64,000 nucleotides of DNA, from positions 64,043 to 128,042 of the forward strand of contig JAQURX010000005.1 in NCBI GenBank assembly GCA_028715415.1. The letters run 5' to 3'. Positions 38,379 to 49,528 of this stretch are shown here, one piece after another (the first letter of the stretch is position 1; every line of letters starts with the position of its first letter). A program made the position numbers and the translations under genes. The notes beneath the pieces were generated by a model. It worked only from the letters and a program-made list of their open reading frames with translations, did no database searches and was not told the origin of the DNA. The DNA comes from Candidatus Omnitrophota bacterium (lineage in GTDB: Bacteria; Omnitrophota; Gorgyraeia; Gygaellales; Profunditerraquicolaceae).

Positions 38379-39491
38379 TTATGTTCGCCATCCTGAAATA
38401 AATTTAAAAAACTTTGGAGAGAATTTTTGGATTAAAAATCCAAAAATCAAACAAATAGATATTGTAAAAATTATGTTTAAACAAAACAATAAAAATAAAT
38501 CTAAACTACAAGTAGGTAAGTATAATCTAAATAAAAGCTTGCGCATTATTGTCATGATTGGTTCATGTGTAGCAAATATAAAAAATGAAAAAAACGAAAG
38601 TTTTCTCAATAGGCCAACGTCTTTCAACCCACTATTCATCAAATTCAAGAAAAAAAGAACCCAAATTATAACAAACAAATTATGTAAGATTCGGCTAAAA
38701 CCAAACTTACCAAAAATTGCTATTAAATGAGCCTCAAACAAAGCAGAAACAACACTTAAAAACAATATCTGTTTCTTAAACCTTAGAATTTTTTTAAAAT
38801 CGAATTTGCTTATAGTTAAATAACCTCCTACCGCGAAAAAAAATAGTGGCGTAAAATGCCCAAAACCACTAAGAAACAATCTAAAAGGAATAGCCACTCT
38901 CGATAACCATAGTATTCCTAGAATAATAAGTGTAATCCTAGAGAAATTCTTTAATAAGTACTGTAGAATAGGAGCAATTAATACACACAAGAATAAATCC
39001 CTAAGAAACCAGAATTGGGAAACAAACGGCCATCTAGTAATACCAAGAATAGCATTTATAATAGAAAATATATTTGCATCCGGTAGCTTCCAATGACCTT
39101 GAGTAAAAAAATTACTGAGGCATGGTGTTTTATTGCAAAAATAAAGAAAAATAAGGATAATCGAGTTCCAGAATACTAAAGGAACTATAATGGTAGAAAC
39201 GCGTGATCTAAGCTTTCTAAAATAATCATCTTTTGTTAAATAATTTCTAAAAAAAAGTAACCCTGAAATAATAAAGAAAACTGGAACTGCAGCCCTAACT
39301 ACAGTATTAGTTATTAACGCAACCAAATATAAAAGCCAATAATCTTGTTGAAACGAATATGTAACATCAGAAAATCTAATTTTAAAATTGTTAGAATGAA
39401 TTAACACTATACAAATAATAAGTAAAAACTTCAAAACATTTATATTCCATAAATATTCAGTCTCGGGTGAATGATCAAATTTATTTTTCAT
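38379..39491 (-). CDS. Acyltransferase family 3 (OatA-like) membrane protein
   Basis: 370 aa, ~10 TM, N-terminal FLLIICIVLIHS motif. Confidence 0.6.
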   Translation of the reverse strand: MKNKFDHSPETEYLWNINVLKFLLIICIVLIHSNNFKIRFSDVTYSFQQDYWLLYLVALITNTVVRAAVPVFFIISGLLFFRNYLTKDDYFRKLRSRVSTIIVPLVFWNSIILIFLYFCNKTPCLSNFFTQGHWKLPDANIFSIINAILGITRWPFVSQFWFLRDLFLCVLIAPILQYLLKNFSRITLIILGILWLSRVAIPFRLFLSGFGHFTPLFFFAVGGYLTISKFDFKKILRFKKQILFLSVVSALFEAHLIAIFGKFGFSRILHNLFVIIWVLFFLNLMNSGLKDVGLLRKLSFFSFFIFATHEPIMTIMRKLLFRLYLPTCSLDLFLLFCLNIIFTISICLIFGFLIQKFSPKFFKFISGWRT

Positions 39492-39493
39492 TC

Positions 39494-40708
39494 TTAATTA
39501 TTTAGCTTTTCATATAAGTCATTCAAAACTTTTTCTGGAACAAATTCAGCAATTGAAGACACACAATTCACTTTCGAATACCTTTCTCTATTTATCACTA
39601 CTTTATTAATACTATTTGTCAATTCTTCAACAGTCCCTGAATAAGCAATCTCTCCTGAGAAACCCGCTGTTATTACTCTCTCGACCTCTCCTACGCAAGT
39701 TGAGACTACTGGTAACCCAGAACCTAATGCCTCTAAAACACTAATTGGCATACCTTCAAAGTTACTTGTTAAGACAAAAACATCGGAAGCCCTATAAAAA
39801 TCCGCAACAATCATTTGCGTCAAATTTCCTAGTAAATAAACACAGTTTCTTAAATTATGCTTATCAACGTAGCACTCTAATTGACCACGTAAATTTCCAT
39901 CTCCTACTATAATAAGTACTGCATTATCATTTTTTTCTCTAAATTCAAGGAAGGTTTCTACCAATTTCATAGGGGCCTTTTGAAGCTGAAGCCTACCAAC
40001 AAATAAAACCCAAGGACCATTACTAGTTATAATTTTAAACTCCTTTTCCAAACGGTTCTTTATTAATTCGCTTTTTTCAACGTTCAATGGAAAAAATACT
40101 TTACTATCTACCCAAGTAGGAATAAATTTCATTTTATTCTTTAGTTTAGGGTATCGTTTATTATAGAAGTTTAAACTATTTATATTAACTGAAAAAATGA
40201 AATTAAACTTATCTAAAATTATACTTTCCAAAAAGTAATAAAGTTTAGGAAAATTACTCCACAAAACCTCACTATTGCCTTTTTTAAGTTGCTTTAACAT
40301 ATCATTATGGATAACAAAAACTTTTTTTGACTTCCATTTCAAAAATAAAATTGCTGGTTCAATTCTATTAAAGAATAATACCGATTTTGGAATAAGCTTT
40401 AAATGGAAAAGTAGAAAAAGAGTAAAACGTAATGACAAAGGAACTAATGATTTAATATTTTCGTTTTCTTCAATAAATAATGGATAAAAATAAATACTTT
40501 TACCATCAAGCTCAATTTTTTGTAGAATCCTAACTTTTCGTATATTATTATCTGAAGTAACACCAATGTAAAAAAACGTAAAATTCGATGGTGCATATTT
40601 TATTATGCCTTTAATAAAAGACTCAACCCCACCAACCTTAGGACCCAAAGGGTCAGCAGGATGAATAACTGTAACAATATTTCTATTATTTAATTGCGGA
40701 AATCTCAT
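39494..40708 (-). CDS. Glycosyltransferase family 4 (GT-B)
   Basis: EGMPISVLEALGSGLPVVST EX7E-type motif. Confidence 0.8.
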   Translation of the reverse strand: MRFPQLNNRNIVTVIHPADPLGPKVGGVESFIKGIIKYAPSNFTFFYIGVTSDNNIRKVRILQKIELDGKSIYFYPLFIEENENIKSLVPLSLRFTLFLLFHLKLIPKSVLFFNRIEPAILFLKWKSKKVFVIHNDMLKQLKKGNSEVLWSNFPKLYYFLESIILDKFNFIFSVNINSLNFYNKRYPKLKNKMKFIPTWVDSKVFFPLNVEKSELIKNRLEKEFKIITSNGPWVLFVGRLQLQKAPMKLVETFLEFREKNDNAVLIIVGDGNLRGQLECYVDKHNLRNCVYLLGNLTQMIVADFYRASDVFVLTSNFEGMPISVLEALGSGLPVVSTCVGEVERVITAGFSGEIAYSGTVEELTNSINKVVINRERYSKVNCVSSIAEFVPEKVLNDLYEKLNN

Positions 40709-41837
40709 TAAATATCCTTGGAATTTGAATTTTCCAATTCAAAATATTAAAGTTTTCGTTAACCCTACAAAATCCCTTTTCACCCATAACTTTCCTTAAC
40801 TCATCGTTCTTTAATATATTTGATAACCTTGAAGAAAACAATTCAACATCTCCAAAAGGCACCAAATATCCGGTTTCATTATCCTTAATAATTTCTGCAG
40901 GTCCACCGTTATTAAAAGACACGACAGGCAAAGAATAGCTCATGCCTTCTATAATACAATTTCCAAATGGCTCATTAAAAGAAGTTAACATTAAAACATC
41001 AGCTACCAACAAAAACTCTTCAATATTATTAACATGACCGGGCATCATAACATTATCTTGAAGATTAAGATTATCAACAAGTTTTAGAAAGAATTCTCTT
41101 AACTCGCCATTTCCAAGGAAAACAAAACAAACATCTTTTCTTTGCAACAAAATCCTTTTCAATATTTCAATTGCTAAATCGTATCTTTTTTCACTTCTAA
41201 ATGCTGCAATCATCAAAACAATATATTTAAAATTCTCTAAGTTCAATTTTAATTTCAACAAATTCTTTTCTGTTTTATCAAGATTTGTCATTTTTTTAAC
41301 TTCAATACTATTTTGCAAAATAAATATTCTCTTGTTTCTTGGTAAAGTTTTCGCGGTAAATTCAGAATTAGCTATAAAAAAATCAACGAATAAATGATAA
41401 AATATTTTTTTAAGAAACCAAAACTTACTATGTAGAGATGCCCATCTTTCATACCAAATAACTTTTACTCCAAAAATTTTCGAAAACATTGCAGCATAAA
41501 AACGTTCTAGCCCAAACTGAACAATTACACAATCAATCTTATAATTTTTTATAATTTCTTTAAATATAAAATAATCTTTTATTAAATTGAATTTATATAA
41601 CTTTTTAGTAACAAAAGTTATCTTACATTTCTTAAGCTCAGTAACATAAACAGGTTCATTCAAAGAGCCTACATTAATACTGTTTTTGTATACATTGAAA
41701 CAAGAACGTACATCTTGAACCAGCCAAACAACAGAATAACCCTCCTCCTGCAAAATCTCAGTCAAATGAAAAGAAAGTTTTTCAACAGTTGAAAAAGTAT
41801 CACTTAAAAAACCAGGTATCAATAAGACATTTTTCAT
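40686..41837 (-). CDS. Glycosyltransferase family 4
   Basis: EPFGNCIIEGMSYSLPVVSFNNGGPAEII. Confidence 0.8.
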   Translation of the reverse strand: MKNVLLIPGFLSDTFSTVEKLSFHLTEILQEEGYSVVWLVQDVRSCFNVYKNSINVGSLNEPVYVTELKKCKITFVTKKLYKFNLIKDYFIFKEIIKNYKIDCVIVQFGLERFYAAMFSKIFGVKVIWYERWASLHSKFWFLKKIFYHLFVDFFIANSEFTAKTLPRNKRIFILQNSIEVKKMTNLDKTEKNLLKLKLNLENFKYIVLMIAAFRSEKRYDLAIEILKRILLQRKDVCFVFLGNGELREFFLKLVDNLNLQDNVMMPGHVNNIEEFLLVADVLMLTSFNEPFGNCIIEGMSYSLPVVSFNNGGPAEIIKDNETGYLVPFGDVELFSSRLSNILKNDELRKVMGEKGFCRVNENFNILNWKIQIPRIFNEISAIK

Positions 41838-42922
41838 CTCTTAATAATCCCTATCTCTTTATAAAAATTTAGAGTTTTGGTAGCTACTTCAATCCATGAC
41901 AACTCATTTTTAGTCATATGAAAAGAATTCTTACCCATAAGAAGTCTTTTTTCTTTGTTTTTAATCAAAAAAATCACTTTTTCTGCCAAAGAATTAATAT
42001 CGCGAGGAGAAATAATAAAACCAGTAACTCCATCTTTAACTACTTCCGGAAGACTCCCTACGCTTGTAGCTATAACAGGTTTTTTAAAAGCGTAAGCAAT
42101 CGGGACAATTCCACTTTGAGAAGCTTCAATATAAGGCAAAACAACTAAACAGCATTTCTGAAAGAGTTGAGAGACTTTATTATTATCTATATAAGAATTT
42201 ATTATTTCAAAGCTTGTTCTGTTTACAATTAGCTTTTCATACTCCTTAAGCAATTCTCCTTCACCAGCTATACAAATCTTAATATTTGGAATTTCTTTTT
42301 TTATCAACGGTTCTGCTTTAATTAAATATTGGAGCCCTTTGTATTCGAGAATCCTACCAAAAAAAAGAACTGTTGCTTCCTCCTCTTCAATAAGCTGATT
42401 ATCAATCCTACTAAAAATTGAGAATTCGCCATGCGGAATTACTGCAACTTTTTTTAAATCTGCCTTATATTTACGTATAAACTCATCTTTTATCTTATTT
42501 CCATGGACAATAAATCCATCGGCAAACCTAATTATTCTTTCCCTTAAAGGCAAAATAGATGTCATCTTATCTCCTTCATGCGGAGTAACATCATGTATAG
42601 TTACAATTAATTTACTTTGTTTATTAAGCAGAGGAAGAAGAAAATTAAACCATACATTTCCACCTTGAACATGAATAATACTGGGTTTCAATTTATTAAG
42701 CTTTAAAAAAACACCGCTTATTACAAAGAAATTTATAGGATTACTCATTCTCCGATATTTAAAAGTTTTTAGCTTCAATAAACTGCTAATCTGACTAGAA
42801 TATTTACACGCTAATCTTTCAGGTACAAACAAGACTATTTCAGTCCCTTCCAAATCAGCTAAAGCATTAGCTAATTCAATAGTATACTCAATATACCAAA
42901 AAGCTACCAATGCCACTTTCAT
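41834..42922 (-). CDS. Glycosyltransferase family 4
   Basis: EASQSGIVPIAYAFKKPVIATSVGSLPEVV. Confidence 0.75.
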   Translation of the reverse strand: MKVALVAFWYIEYTIELANALADLEGTEIVLFVPERLACKYSSQISSLLKLKTFKYRRMSNPINFFVISGVFLKLNKLKPSIIHVQGGNVWFNFLLPLLNKQSKLIVTIHDVTPHEGDKMTSILPLRERIIRFADGFIVHGNKIKDEFIRKYKADLKKVAVIPHGEFSIFSRIDNQLIEEEEATVLFFGRILEYKGLQYLIKAEPLIKKEIPNIKICIAGEGELLKEYEKLIVNRTSFEIINSYIDNNKVSQLFQKCCLVVLPYIEASQSGIVPIAYAFKKPVIATSVGSLPEVVKDGVTGFIISPRDINSLAEKVIFLIKNKEKRLLMGKNSFHMTKNELSWIEVATKTLNFYKEIGIIKR

Positions 42923-44175
42923 GAAAAATCCTCAATTAATCTCAAAAGTTTAAATCTTAACTTAGCTAGTATTCTAAAATATATATTTCCAAAATAATTT
43001 AGTAAAAAATACTTGAAAAAAACATTTTTTGACAAAAAATTATTAGACAAAATTAATGAATTATACCCCAAACTTGAATCAATATTTAAGAACTTTTTGT
43101 ATTCACCTAAGAGAAAGGCTTTGCGCCATCCGTATGCACCAGTTTTGAATTTTACCTTTTCTAACTGAGAACGCAAAACTTCTTTTTTCTCGATATGATT
43201 TAAATAAATACACCCATTTTCAACACATTTATCTAACAACTGTGACCCTTTAGACGTTCGGGCGATACCAATTGAAGTACCTTGATTATCTTCGCTAAAT
43301 CGTGGCAACCAAGCATCTCCTATTGAAATATCACCTTCTCGTCCAAATAAATCATCACAAACAAAACAGTAATCAGAAATAAAATAATAATTAGCAAAAT
43401 ATTTATTCCAATACTCTTTTGAAGGCAAAAATCTATCCTGTCCAGAGCAAGAAATAGACATTCCTCCCGGCCAGCCCCTGCCCCTATAATCTAACTTTTT
43501 TACCGATTCTTTTTTGATTTTATATTTATCCAAAATAAAATCGGTTCCTTTAAAATTAGGAACGTTTCCACAAAAAATCGTAATAACGTATTTAATTTTA
43601 GTATGTAGTTCGGGCAGAAATTCCATTGCTTTTTTTAGTCCCTTTACGTGACACGGTAAACCTATATAAAGACAATCCTCACTTTTCCTCTTAGCAATCT
43701 CTTTAAGAATTACATTTAAAGAGACAGGGCAATATTTTGCGCCCTTATTTTTCATAATATCCTTTACTGTAGTACTTAGCGTGGCTCGATACCGCAATGG
43801 ATTATCTTCATTTGGAATAACATTAACAACGCTACTTACGATTCCTTGTTCAAGACAAAAACTACTTATAGCTGTAGCTAATCCTCCAGAAGTTGATTCA
43901 ATCCGTAAATGATAATTTGCTGAGCATCCGTAAAAACAATACTGCATAGAACCAAAAAAATCATTAGGGTTTTCAATTCCTTTTAAGAGCGAATTCTGAG
44001 GGCAAATATTTAGACATAGACCACACTCTGAACAAATAGATTCATCAATTTTAGGAAGATTGATTCCCTGCTCAAAATCTTCCTTTATTTGAATAGCATC
44101 GAGTGGACACACACTGTAACAAGTACCACAACCAGTACAAATTCTTTTTTTTGTAATCTTATCTAAAATACTCAT
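42919..44175 (-). CDS. Coenzyme F420 hydrogenase/dehydrogenase beta-subunit-like Fe-S protein (polysaccharide-locus type)
   Basis: N-terminal CTGCGTCYSVCP and CSECGLCLNICP ferredoxin motifs plus FrhB-like C-terminal domain; the usual partner of a pyruvyl transferase. Confidence 0.65.
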   Translation of the reverse strand: MSILDKITKKRICTGCGTCYSVCPLDAIQIKEDFEQGINLPKIDESICSECGLCLNICPQNSLLKGIENPNDFFGSMQYCFYGCSANYHLRIESTSGGLATAISSFCLEQGIVSSVVNVIPNEDNPLRYRATLSTTVKDIMKNKGAKYCPVSLNVILKEIAKRKSEDCLYIGLPCHVKGLKKAMEFLPELHTKIKYVITIFCGNVPNFKGTDFILDKYKIKKESVKKLDYRGRGWPGGMSISCSGQDRFLPSKEYWNKYFANYYFISDYCFVCDDLFGREGDISIGDAWLPRFSEDNQGTSIGIARTSKGSQLLDKCVENGCIYLNHIEKKEVLRSQLEKVKFKTGAYGWRKAFLLGEYKKFLNIDSSLGYNSLILSNNFLSKNVFFKYFLLNYFGNIYFRILAKLRFKLLRLIEDFS

Positions 44176-45440
44176 TTAAAAATTCCCATATTCTCAAAAA
44201 TATGACTGATATTCTCTAAAGCTCTTCCTTTTTGAGTAGCTGCATTTTTTTTTAAAGAATAAGTAATGTTTTGGTAATCATTTTCAACTTGTTCCACCAA
44301 AATTAAAGTTTTTTTCATAACCTCGCTTAAATTATTTTCTCTTATGTTTACAATATATTGAGATAGACCCATTTTATCTCCTATTAACCCCTCAAATTTA
44401 TCGTTATATGACCAACAAATAACTGGAACTCCCGAACTAATTGCTGCAACTGCGGCATGCATACGAAAAGTAATTAAAAAATGCAACCTTGCAATTATGC
44501 CTTTCAAAATTGCTCCATTATAATATTCTGGTAACAACGTAATATCGTTTTTATTTTTAACAGCTTTATAGATTTCTTTACAGACTTCTAGATCATCATT
44601 ATCTACAGAAGAAATTACATGAGGAATCAATAAAACTTTAAACTTGTAATTCTCAATTAGAATATCAATGACACCAGCAACGGAACGTATATACTCTTTT
44701 TTCATATCTGCATTACTAGCATTATCAGGAAACCATTTATATACTATAGCGCTAGGAGACAAACCAATTAACTTGGAGTTTGGTAAAATAACATTCTTAA
44801 ATAAAACATTTTCCGCTCCCTCAATATCAGGTTCCAATAATAAAGCATTATCGGTTCCCAAAACTAAATTTTTTCTTAAAAACTTGTGTCTAATCATATA
44901 GTCGAAACTTCTTTCTTCTCTTAACACAATTACATTTGCTTTAGACAATATAAAACGAGTTAAAAATAAATTGATTCTTCCTTTGATAGGACCGATAGTT
45001 TGACCCAGTAGAATAATTTTCTTTTTAGCAATCATTCCACAAAAAAGAGAATAAAGACGCAGATACAAAGATAAAACCGTATAATCTGTACTAATACCAT
45101 CACCACTTAAATCAACAATAATATCACAATCATTATAAGCGTTTAGTGATTCATGTTTTGATTTCATCTTAACAAAGCGAGAAAATACGAGAAAAACAAT
45201 ATTCCAAATTACGCTTCTAATAAAAACTAACTTATTTTTCTTTTGACCTACCCAATAATCGTTTAAGAAATTTATTTTCTTATTTTTTATAATTTTTTTG
45301 CATTCCTCTTTCTTATTTGTAAGCACATTAAGTTCAAAATCACAAAAATTATTCGAAATCCCTTCATAAACTCCAAGTAACATTGCAAACTCGCCGTTAT
45401 TGAAAATATTACCTGTTCCAGTTATTAGTATTTTCTTCAT
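44172..45440 (-). CDS. Polysaccharide pyruvyl transferase family protein (CsaB/WcaK-like)
   Basis: 422 aa; PS_pyruv_trans-like sequence; co-located with the FrhB-like gene. Confidence 0.6.
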   Translation of the reverse strand: MKKILITGTGNIFNNGEFAMLLGVYEGISNNFCDFELNVLTNKKEECKKIIKNKKINFLNDYWVGQKKNKLVFIRSVIWNIVFLVFSRFVKMKSKHESLNAYNDCDIIVDLSGDGISTDYTVLSLYLRLYSLFCGMIAKKKIILLGQTIGPIKGRINLFLTRFILSKANVIVLREERSFDYMIRHKFLRKNLVLGTDNALLLEPDIEGAENVLFKNVILPNSKLIGLSPSAIVYKWFPDNASNADMKKEYIRSVAGVIDILIENYKFKVLLIPHVISSVDNDDLEVCKEIYKAVKNKNDITLLPEYYNGAILKGIIARLHFLITFRMHAAVAAISSGVPVICWSYNDKFEGLIGDKMGLSQYIVNIRENNLSEVMKKTLILVEQVENDYQNITYSLKKNAATQKGRALENISHIFENMGIFK

Positions 45441-46891
45441 TATAAATTATTTTTTTTAATCGAGATAAGCTTAAAAACTGCAGCACTAAATAAGCATAAA
45501 AACCCAGAAAAAACGAGCGTAAGCCGAAATCCCCACCCTATTAAACCGTGCAACCAACAACACGCTATGCCTATCCCAATCGAACGAGAAAGTAACCATA
45601 TTGTAGAATCATTACTAAAAGGAAACTTGAAATACGCAAAAATTGTTCTCAAAAGAAAAAGCAAAAACATCAAAAACCCTAATAAACCGGCTTCTGCAGC
45701 GTATAGTAAATATATATTGTGAACCGGATCGGGGATCCTAACTGAAACCCTATCTGAAGTAGTATCATACTTGGGTGCCACAAGAACATAATTATTCATC
45801 CCTACACCTAAAATTGGATTATGAGCTATAATATTGAAAGCGACAGAATACATTTTTGGCCTAGCAGAAATTGATCCCAAATCGTTATTAAAACGACTAA
45901 TAATCCTCTTTCCACCTAAAGAAACTGATAAAATAACTGCAAAGAAACAAATCAATAATACAAATTTTGGCAAAGCGATTTTGAAAGAACGTTGTATAAT
46001 AATTAAAAAAATAAAGTAGAATAAACCAATCGAAGTAAACAAGATACCCGCGCGCGAAACGGTAAGAATTAAAGCAAAGCAACCAAGAATAAAAGAAACA
46101 AAAGAAATAACTCTCCATTTTCTTTTTTCGTAAATCATTGAGGCAAAAGCTATAGGAATAACCAAAGAAGAAAACTTTGCAAAACCACTTGAATGACCAA
46201 ATGTACCTGAGGGTCTAAAAATATCTCCAACTACATCAAAAATGTGTACGCCAGCAGGAATTCTAAAAACCGGATGACCAACTAAGAACTCAATTAAAAT
46301 AAAACAAGATTGCAATATAAAGGCAATTAATAAGTTTCTTATAACAAATTTTAAATCATTAAATTCATCAAATAAGATTATAGCCAATAAAAATAACCAA
46401 ATAACTCTAAAAGTATCGATAATTTCAAGCCAAGGCAAAGTCTTATTAACAGCAGGAATCAAAGAAAGTAGTTCAAAAAAGGCAAGACCAAGTAATGGGA
46501 TGATACCACCAAGCACAGAAGAAGAAAATATTTTCTTCTTCTTATAAAAATTACTTCGCGCCAAAACAAAAAAAGAAACAAATAAAAATAAAAAATCGCT
46601 TGTATATATAACTAGCCTGTGTTCAAAAAAATTAATAGGGAATCCTGGATTTATCATTAAATTAAATACAATTAGACCTAGAATCATATTCTTACTATGT
46701 TTAAAGAATAAAGCTATAAACAAAGGAATAAACAATATACCCATGAGAACAAATTGAAAATATTTAAAACGATAAAATAAAGCATTAAAAACAATATTAC
46801 CAACGAACCAAGAAAATATAATAACGATAACGATATTCAAAAAATTATTTTTATTAATCATTTTCGAATGCGATTTGAGGTTTACCTTCAA
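45440..46891 (-). CDS. O-antigen ligase/polymerase (Wzy-like) membrane protein
   Basis: 483 aa, ~12 TM, large periplasmic loop; position in the locus. Confidence 0.5.
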   Translation of the reverse strand: MKVNLKSHSKMINKNNFLNIVIVIIFSWFVGNIVFNALFYRFKYFQFVLMGILFIPLFIALFFKHSKNMILGLIVFNLMINPGFPINFFEHRLVIYTSDFLFLFVSFFVLARSNFYKKKKIFSSSVLGGIIPLLGLAFFELLSLIPAVNKTLPWLEIIDTFRVIWLFLLAIILFDEFNDLKFVIRNLLIAFILQSCFILIEFLVGHPVFRIPAGVHIFDVVGDIFRPSGTFGHSSGFAKFSSLVIPIAFASMIYEKRKWRVISFVSFILGCFALILTVSRAGILFTSIGLFYFIFLIIIQRSFKIALPKFVLLICFFAVILSVSLGGKRIISRFNNDLGSISARPKMYSVAFNIIAHNPILGVGMNNYVLVAPKYDTTSDRVSVRIPDPVHNIYLLYAAEAGLLGFLMFLLFLLRTIFAYFKFPFSNDSTIWLLSRSIGIGIACCWLHGLIGWGFRLTLVFSGFLCLFSAAVFKLISIKKNNL

Positions 46892-48293
46892 TAAATACTA
46901 TTTGTTTAAAATATACCAAACTAAAAATATAAACTAACAATCCAAAAACAATTAGAATTACAAGCGTAAAAATGTTACTTTGTTTTAGAAAAAGCAAAAC
47001 TATGGAAATCGATAAAACCATTACCAAGCTGCTTAAAAAGATTGATTTTAAAGAAGAAAAATACTTTCTCATTTTTAAGTTAATTAAGGGCAATGTAATA
47101 TAATTAGTATAAAACGACCAAGCAACATTAAACAAAGTCAAAGTAAAAACAATCCAAAATATTCCGTTGGCTAAAGCAACGATAATAGAAGCAGCAGTTA
47201 ACAAAGCATGTAATAAACCTAGCCTAAAATGGAGGCCTGCTCTACCTTTAGACAATCTAATATTACCGGTTAGTTGTCCTCCTATAGCCTGCGCTAATCC
47301 ACTAAAACATAACAACTTAACTATAGGAGTGATAGCAATCCATTTATCTCCAAAAACTACTTTCACAAAAACATCTGTTAAAACAAATAATCCAAGCATT
47401 ACTGGAAAAGCAAGAATTGAAACAGCTTTTAGTAAATGAAGATAACCTAAAATTAACTTTTTTGCATCATTTTGAACCTTTGAAAAAACGGGAAAAATAA
47501 CTCTGGTAATAACACCAGAAACATTTTGCAAAGGTACTAACATAAGCTTATAGGCTAGCGAATAAAATCCTAAAGGACCATCGCCAAGAAATTTCCCTAT
47601 TAAGAGGAAATCTAAATTACGAGCAAAATAATTTATTGAGTTAAATCCAACCATAAAAATACTAAATTTAGATATTTCTTTGAGCGCCATCCAAGAAAGA
47701 ATAGCCCTTGGGCGCCAACTCGTAAGCAACCATAAAGAAAAACAATTTACCAAAGTAAAAACGAGAGATTGAATTACTAGACTCCAAACTCCATAACCTT
47801 TAAATGCCAATAATACCGCAAACAAACCAGATATTATTACTGAAACAAGATCGCGAATCATTAAACGTTTAAAATCAAGATTTTTAGTTAATATTGCTTG
47901 AGGAACGACCATTAAGGACGAAAACAAAAAATTAAAAGAAATTATTTTTATAATTAATGTTAACTCAGGCTTATTATAAAAAGCTGCTATAAATGGCGAA
48001 CAAAGAATAAAAAATAAAGTTAATAAAATACCAAAAATAATATTTACCCAAAAAGATGAAGAAAGGTGAATCTCGGTAATTTCTTGTTTTTGAATTAGTG
48101 CGCTACTAATTCCAAATTCTGATATTACAGCTGCAAAACCTGTAAATACTGTTGCCATACCTAGCAATCCAAAATCACTTGGTACTAATAATCTTGCTAA
48201 AATAGCAGTAATGATTAGCTGAAAACCTTGTTTCGAAACTTGAGAAATACCAGCCCAAGTAATTCCTTGCACCGTTTTTTTTCTAATGCTCAT
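46854..48293 (-). CDS. Polysaccharide flippase (Wzx, MOP superfamily)
   Basis: 479 aa, 12-14 TM, N-terminal GISQVSKQGFQLIITAILARLL typical of polysaccharide biosynthesis protein family. Confidence 0.65.
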   Translation of the reverse strand: MSIRKKTVQGITWAGISQVSKQGFQLIITAILARLLVPSDFGLLGMATVFTGFAAVISEFGISSALIQKQEITEIHLSSSFWVNIIFGILLTLFFILCSPFIAAFYNKPELTLIIKIISFNFLFSSLMVVPQAILTKNLDFKRLMIRDLVSVIISGLFAVLLAFKGYGVWSLVIQSLVFTLVNCFSLWLLTSWRPRAILSWMALKEISKFSIFMVGFNSINYFARNLDFLLIGKFLGDGPLGFYSLAYKLMLVPLQNVSGVITRVIFPVFSKVQNDAKKLILGYLHLLKAVSILAFPVMLGLFVLTDVFVKVVFGDKWIAITPIVKLLCFSGLAQAIGGQLTGNIRLSKGRAGLHFRLGLLHALLTAASIIVALANGIFWIVFTLTLFNVAWSFYTNYITLPLINLKMRKYFSSLKSIFLSSLVMVLSISIVLLFLKQSNIFTLVILIVFGLLVYIFSLVYFKQIVFIEGKPQIAFEND

Positions 48294-48451
48294 TTTAAAA
48301 AAAATGAATTAATTTTGGTAGAGTTTATTCTAAACAAAATAACTTTGTTCTATACAATCTGTTTTAAAGTTTAACTCGTTTATTAATTTAGGATTATTTA
48401 AACTATCACAACATCAATATGAAATTTTTATATCTACCTTAACAAGCTTAA

Positions 48452-49528
48452 TTAGATAAAACCAATTTTTTTTAAAATTTGTGAATTATTTCTTAAAATA
48501 ACCCTAAGAAATTTTATTAATGACCAACTCAAAAAAATAATTATACATACCCTAGCAAATATGATTCCTAAATGAACAATAAAAGAATGATCTATACCTG
48601 GAAGAATTTTCTTTACTAAATTCATAAACAATAAATGTGTTAAGAAAATACCGAAAGATATTTGACCTAAATTCGAAACAATATTTTTTCGCATAAATGA
48701 CTTTCTATAAATAATAAATAATAAAATTATACTATTCGCATATAAAAATGAAGAAATCTTTATCTGAGATAAAGCGATTTGCAACAATTTGAATTTAGAA
48801 TTAATCAATTCTGCCTCTATGATTGAGCTCAAAAGAGTAATTATTAAAATAGTAAATAAAAAATACCTTAACCGCAAAAAGGGGTGTAGAATTAGTTCAT
48901 CATTATTTATCCCAATATAAATCCCTAAAGAATAGAAAAATATCCATCCCATGAAAGGAACAGCATAATAAGGAAATGATATTTGAATATTTAGACTAGC
49001 TAGAAAATAGATTAAGATTATATAACTTAGGTTAATAAATAATGCTACCTTTAAAAGCAATTTATTATAATAGAGAAAGAAAATTAACCGAGTCAATAAA
49101 AACAATTGTATTAATACAGGAATAAAGTATAACTGACCTGAAGCCTTACCAAAGAATATCGAAGAACATATATACTTTAGTGAAATTGTATTCTTTCGAG
49201 CAAAGATCAACAAATAGAATGTAGTCCAAATTAAGTACGGAACAAAAACTCCACTTAAGCGTCTCTTTAATAAACTTAATTTAGGAGATATGGATTTTAA
49301 CGAACTAAATCCCATCCAATACCCAGCCACCCATATAAAACCAGCAACTGCAAAATTAAAGACTTGTCTAAAAGCAATATCAAAATTAGCAAAGACATCA
49401 GAATTATTGCTACTATCAAAAGAATGAATACAAACCACAGAGATAATACAAATCCCTTTAAAAAAATCTAATGAAATATCTCTATCTTTCATGTTACGAA
49501 TTCCTGATTTTACAGAAATAACAGTCAC
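48452..49528 (-). CDS. Acyltransferase family 3 membrane protein
   Basis: 358 aa; FFKGICIISVVCIHS. Confidence 0.6.
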   Translation of the reverse strand: MTVISVKSGIRNMKDRDISLDFFKGICIISVVCIHSFDSSNNSDVFANFDIAFRQVFNFAVAGFIWVAGYWMGFSSLKSISPKLSLLKRRLSGVFVPYLIWTTFYLLIFARKNTISLKYICSSIFFGKASGQLYFIPVLIQLFLLTRLIFFLYYNKLLLKVALFINLSYIILIYFLASLNIQISFPYYAVPFMGWIFFYSLGIYIGINNDELILHPFLRLRYFLFTILIITLLSSIIEAELINSKFKLLQIALSQIKISSFLYANSIILLFIIYRKSFMRKNIVSNLGQISFGIFLTHLLFMNLVKKILPGIDHSFIVHLGIIFARVCIIIFLSWSLIKFLRVILRNNSQILKKIGFI

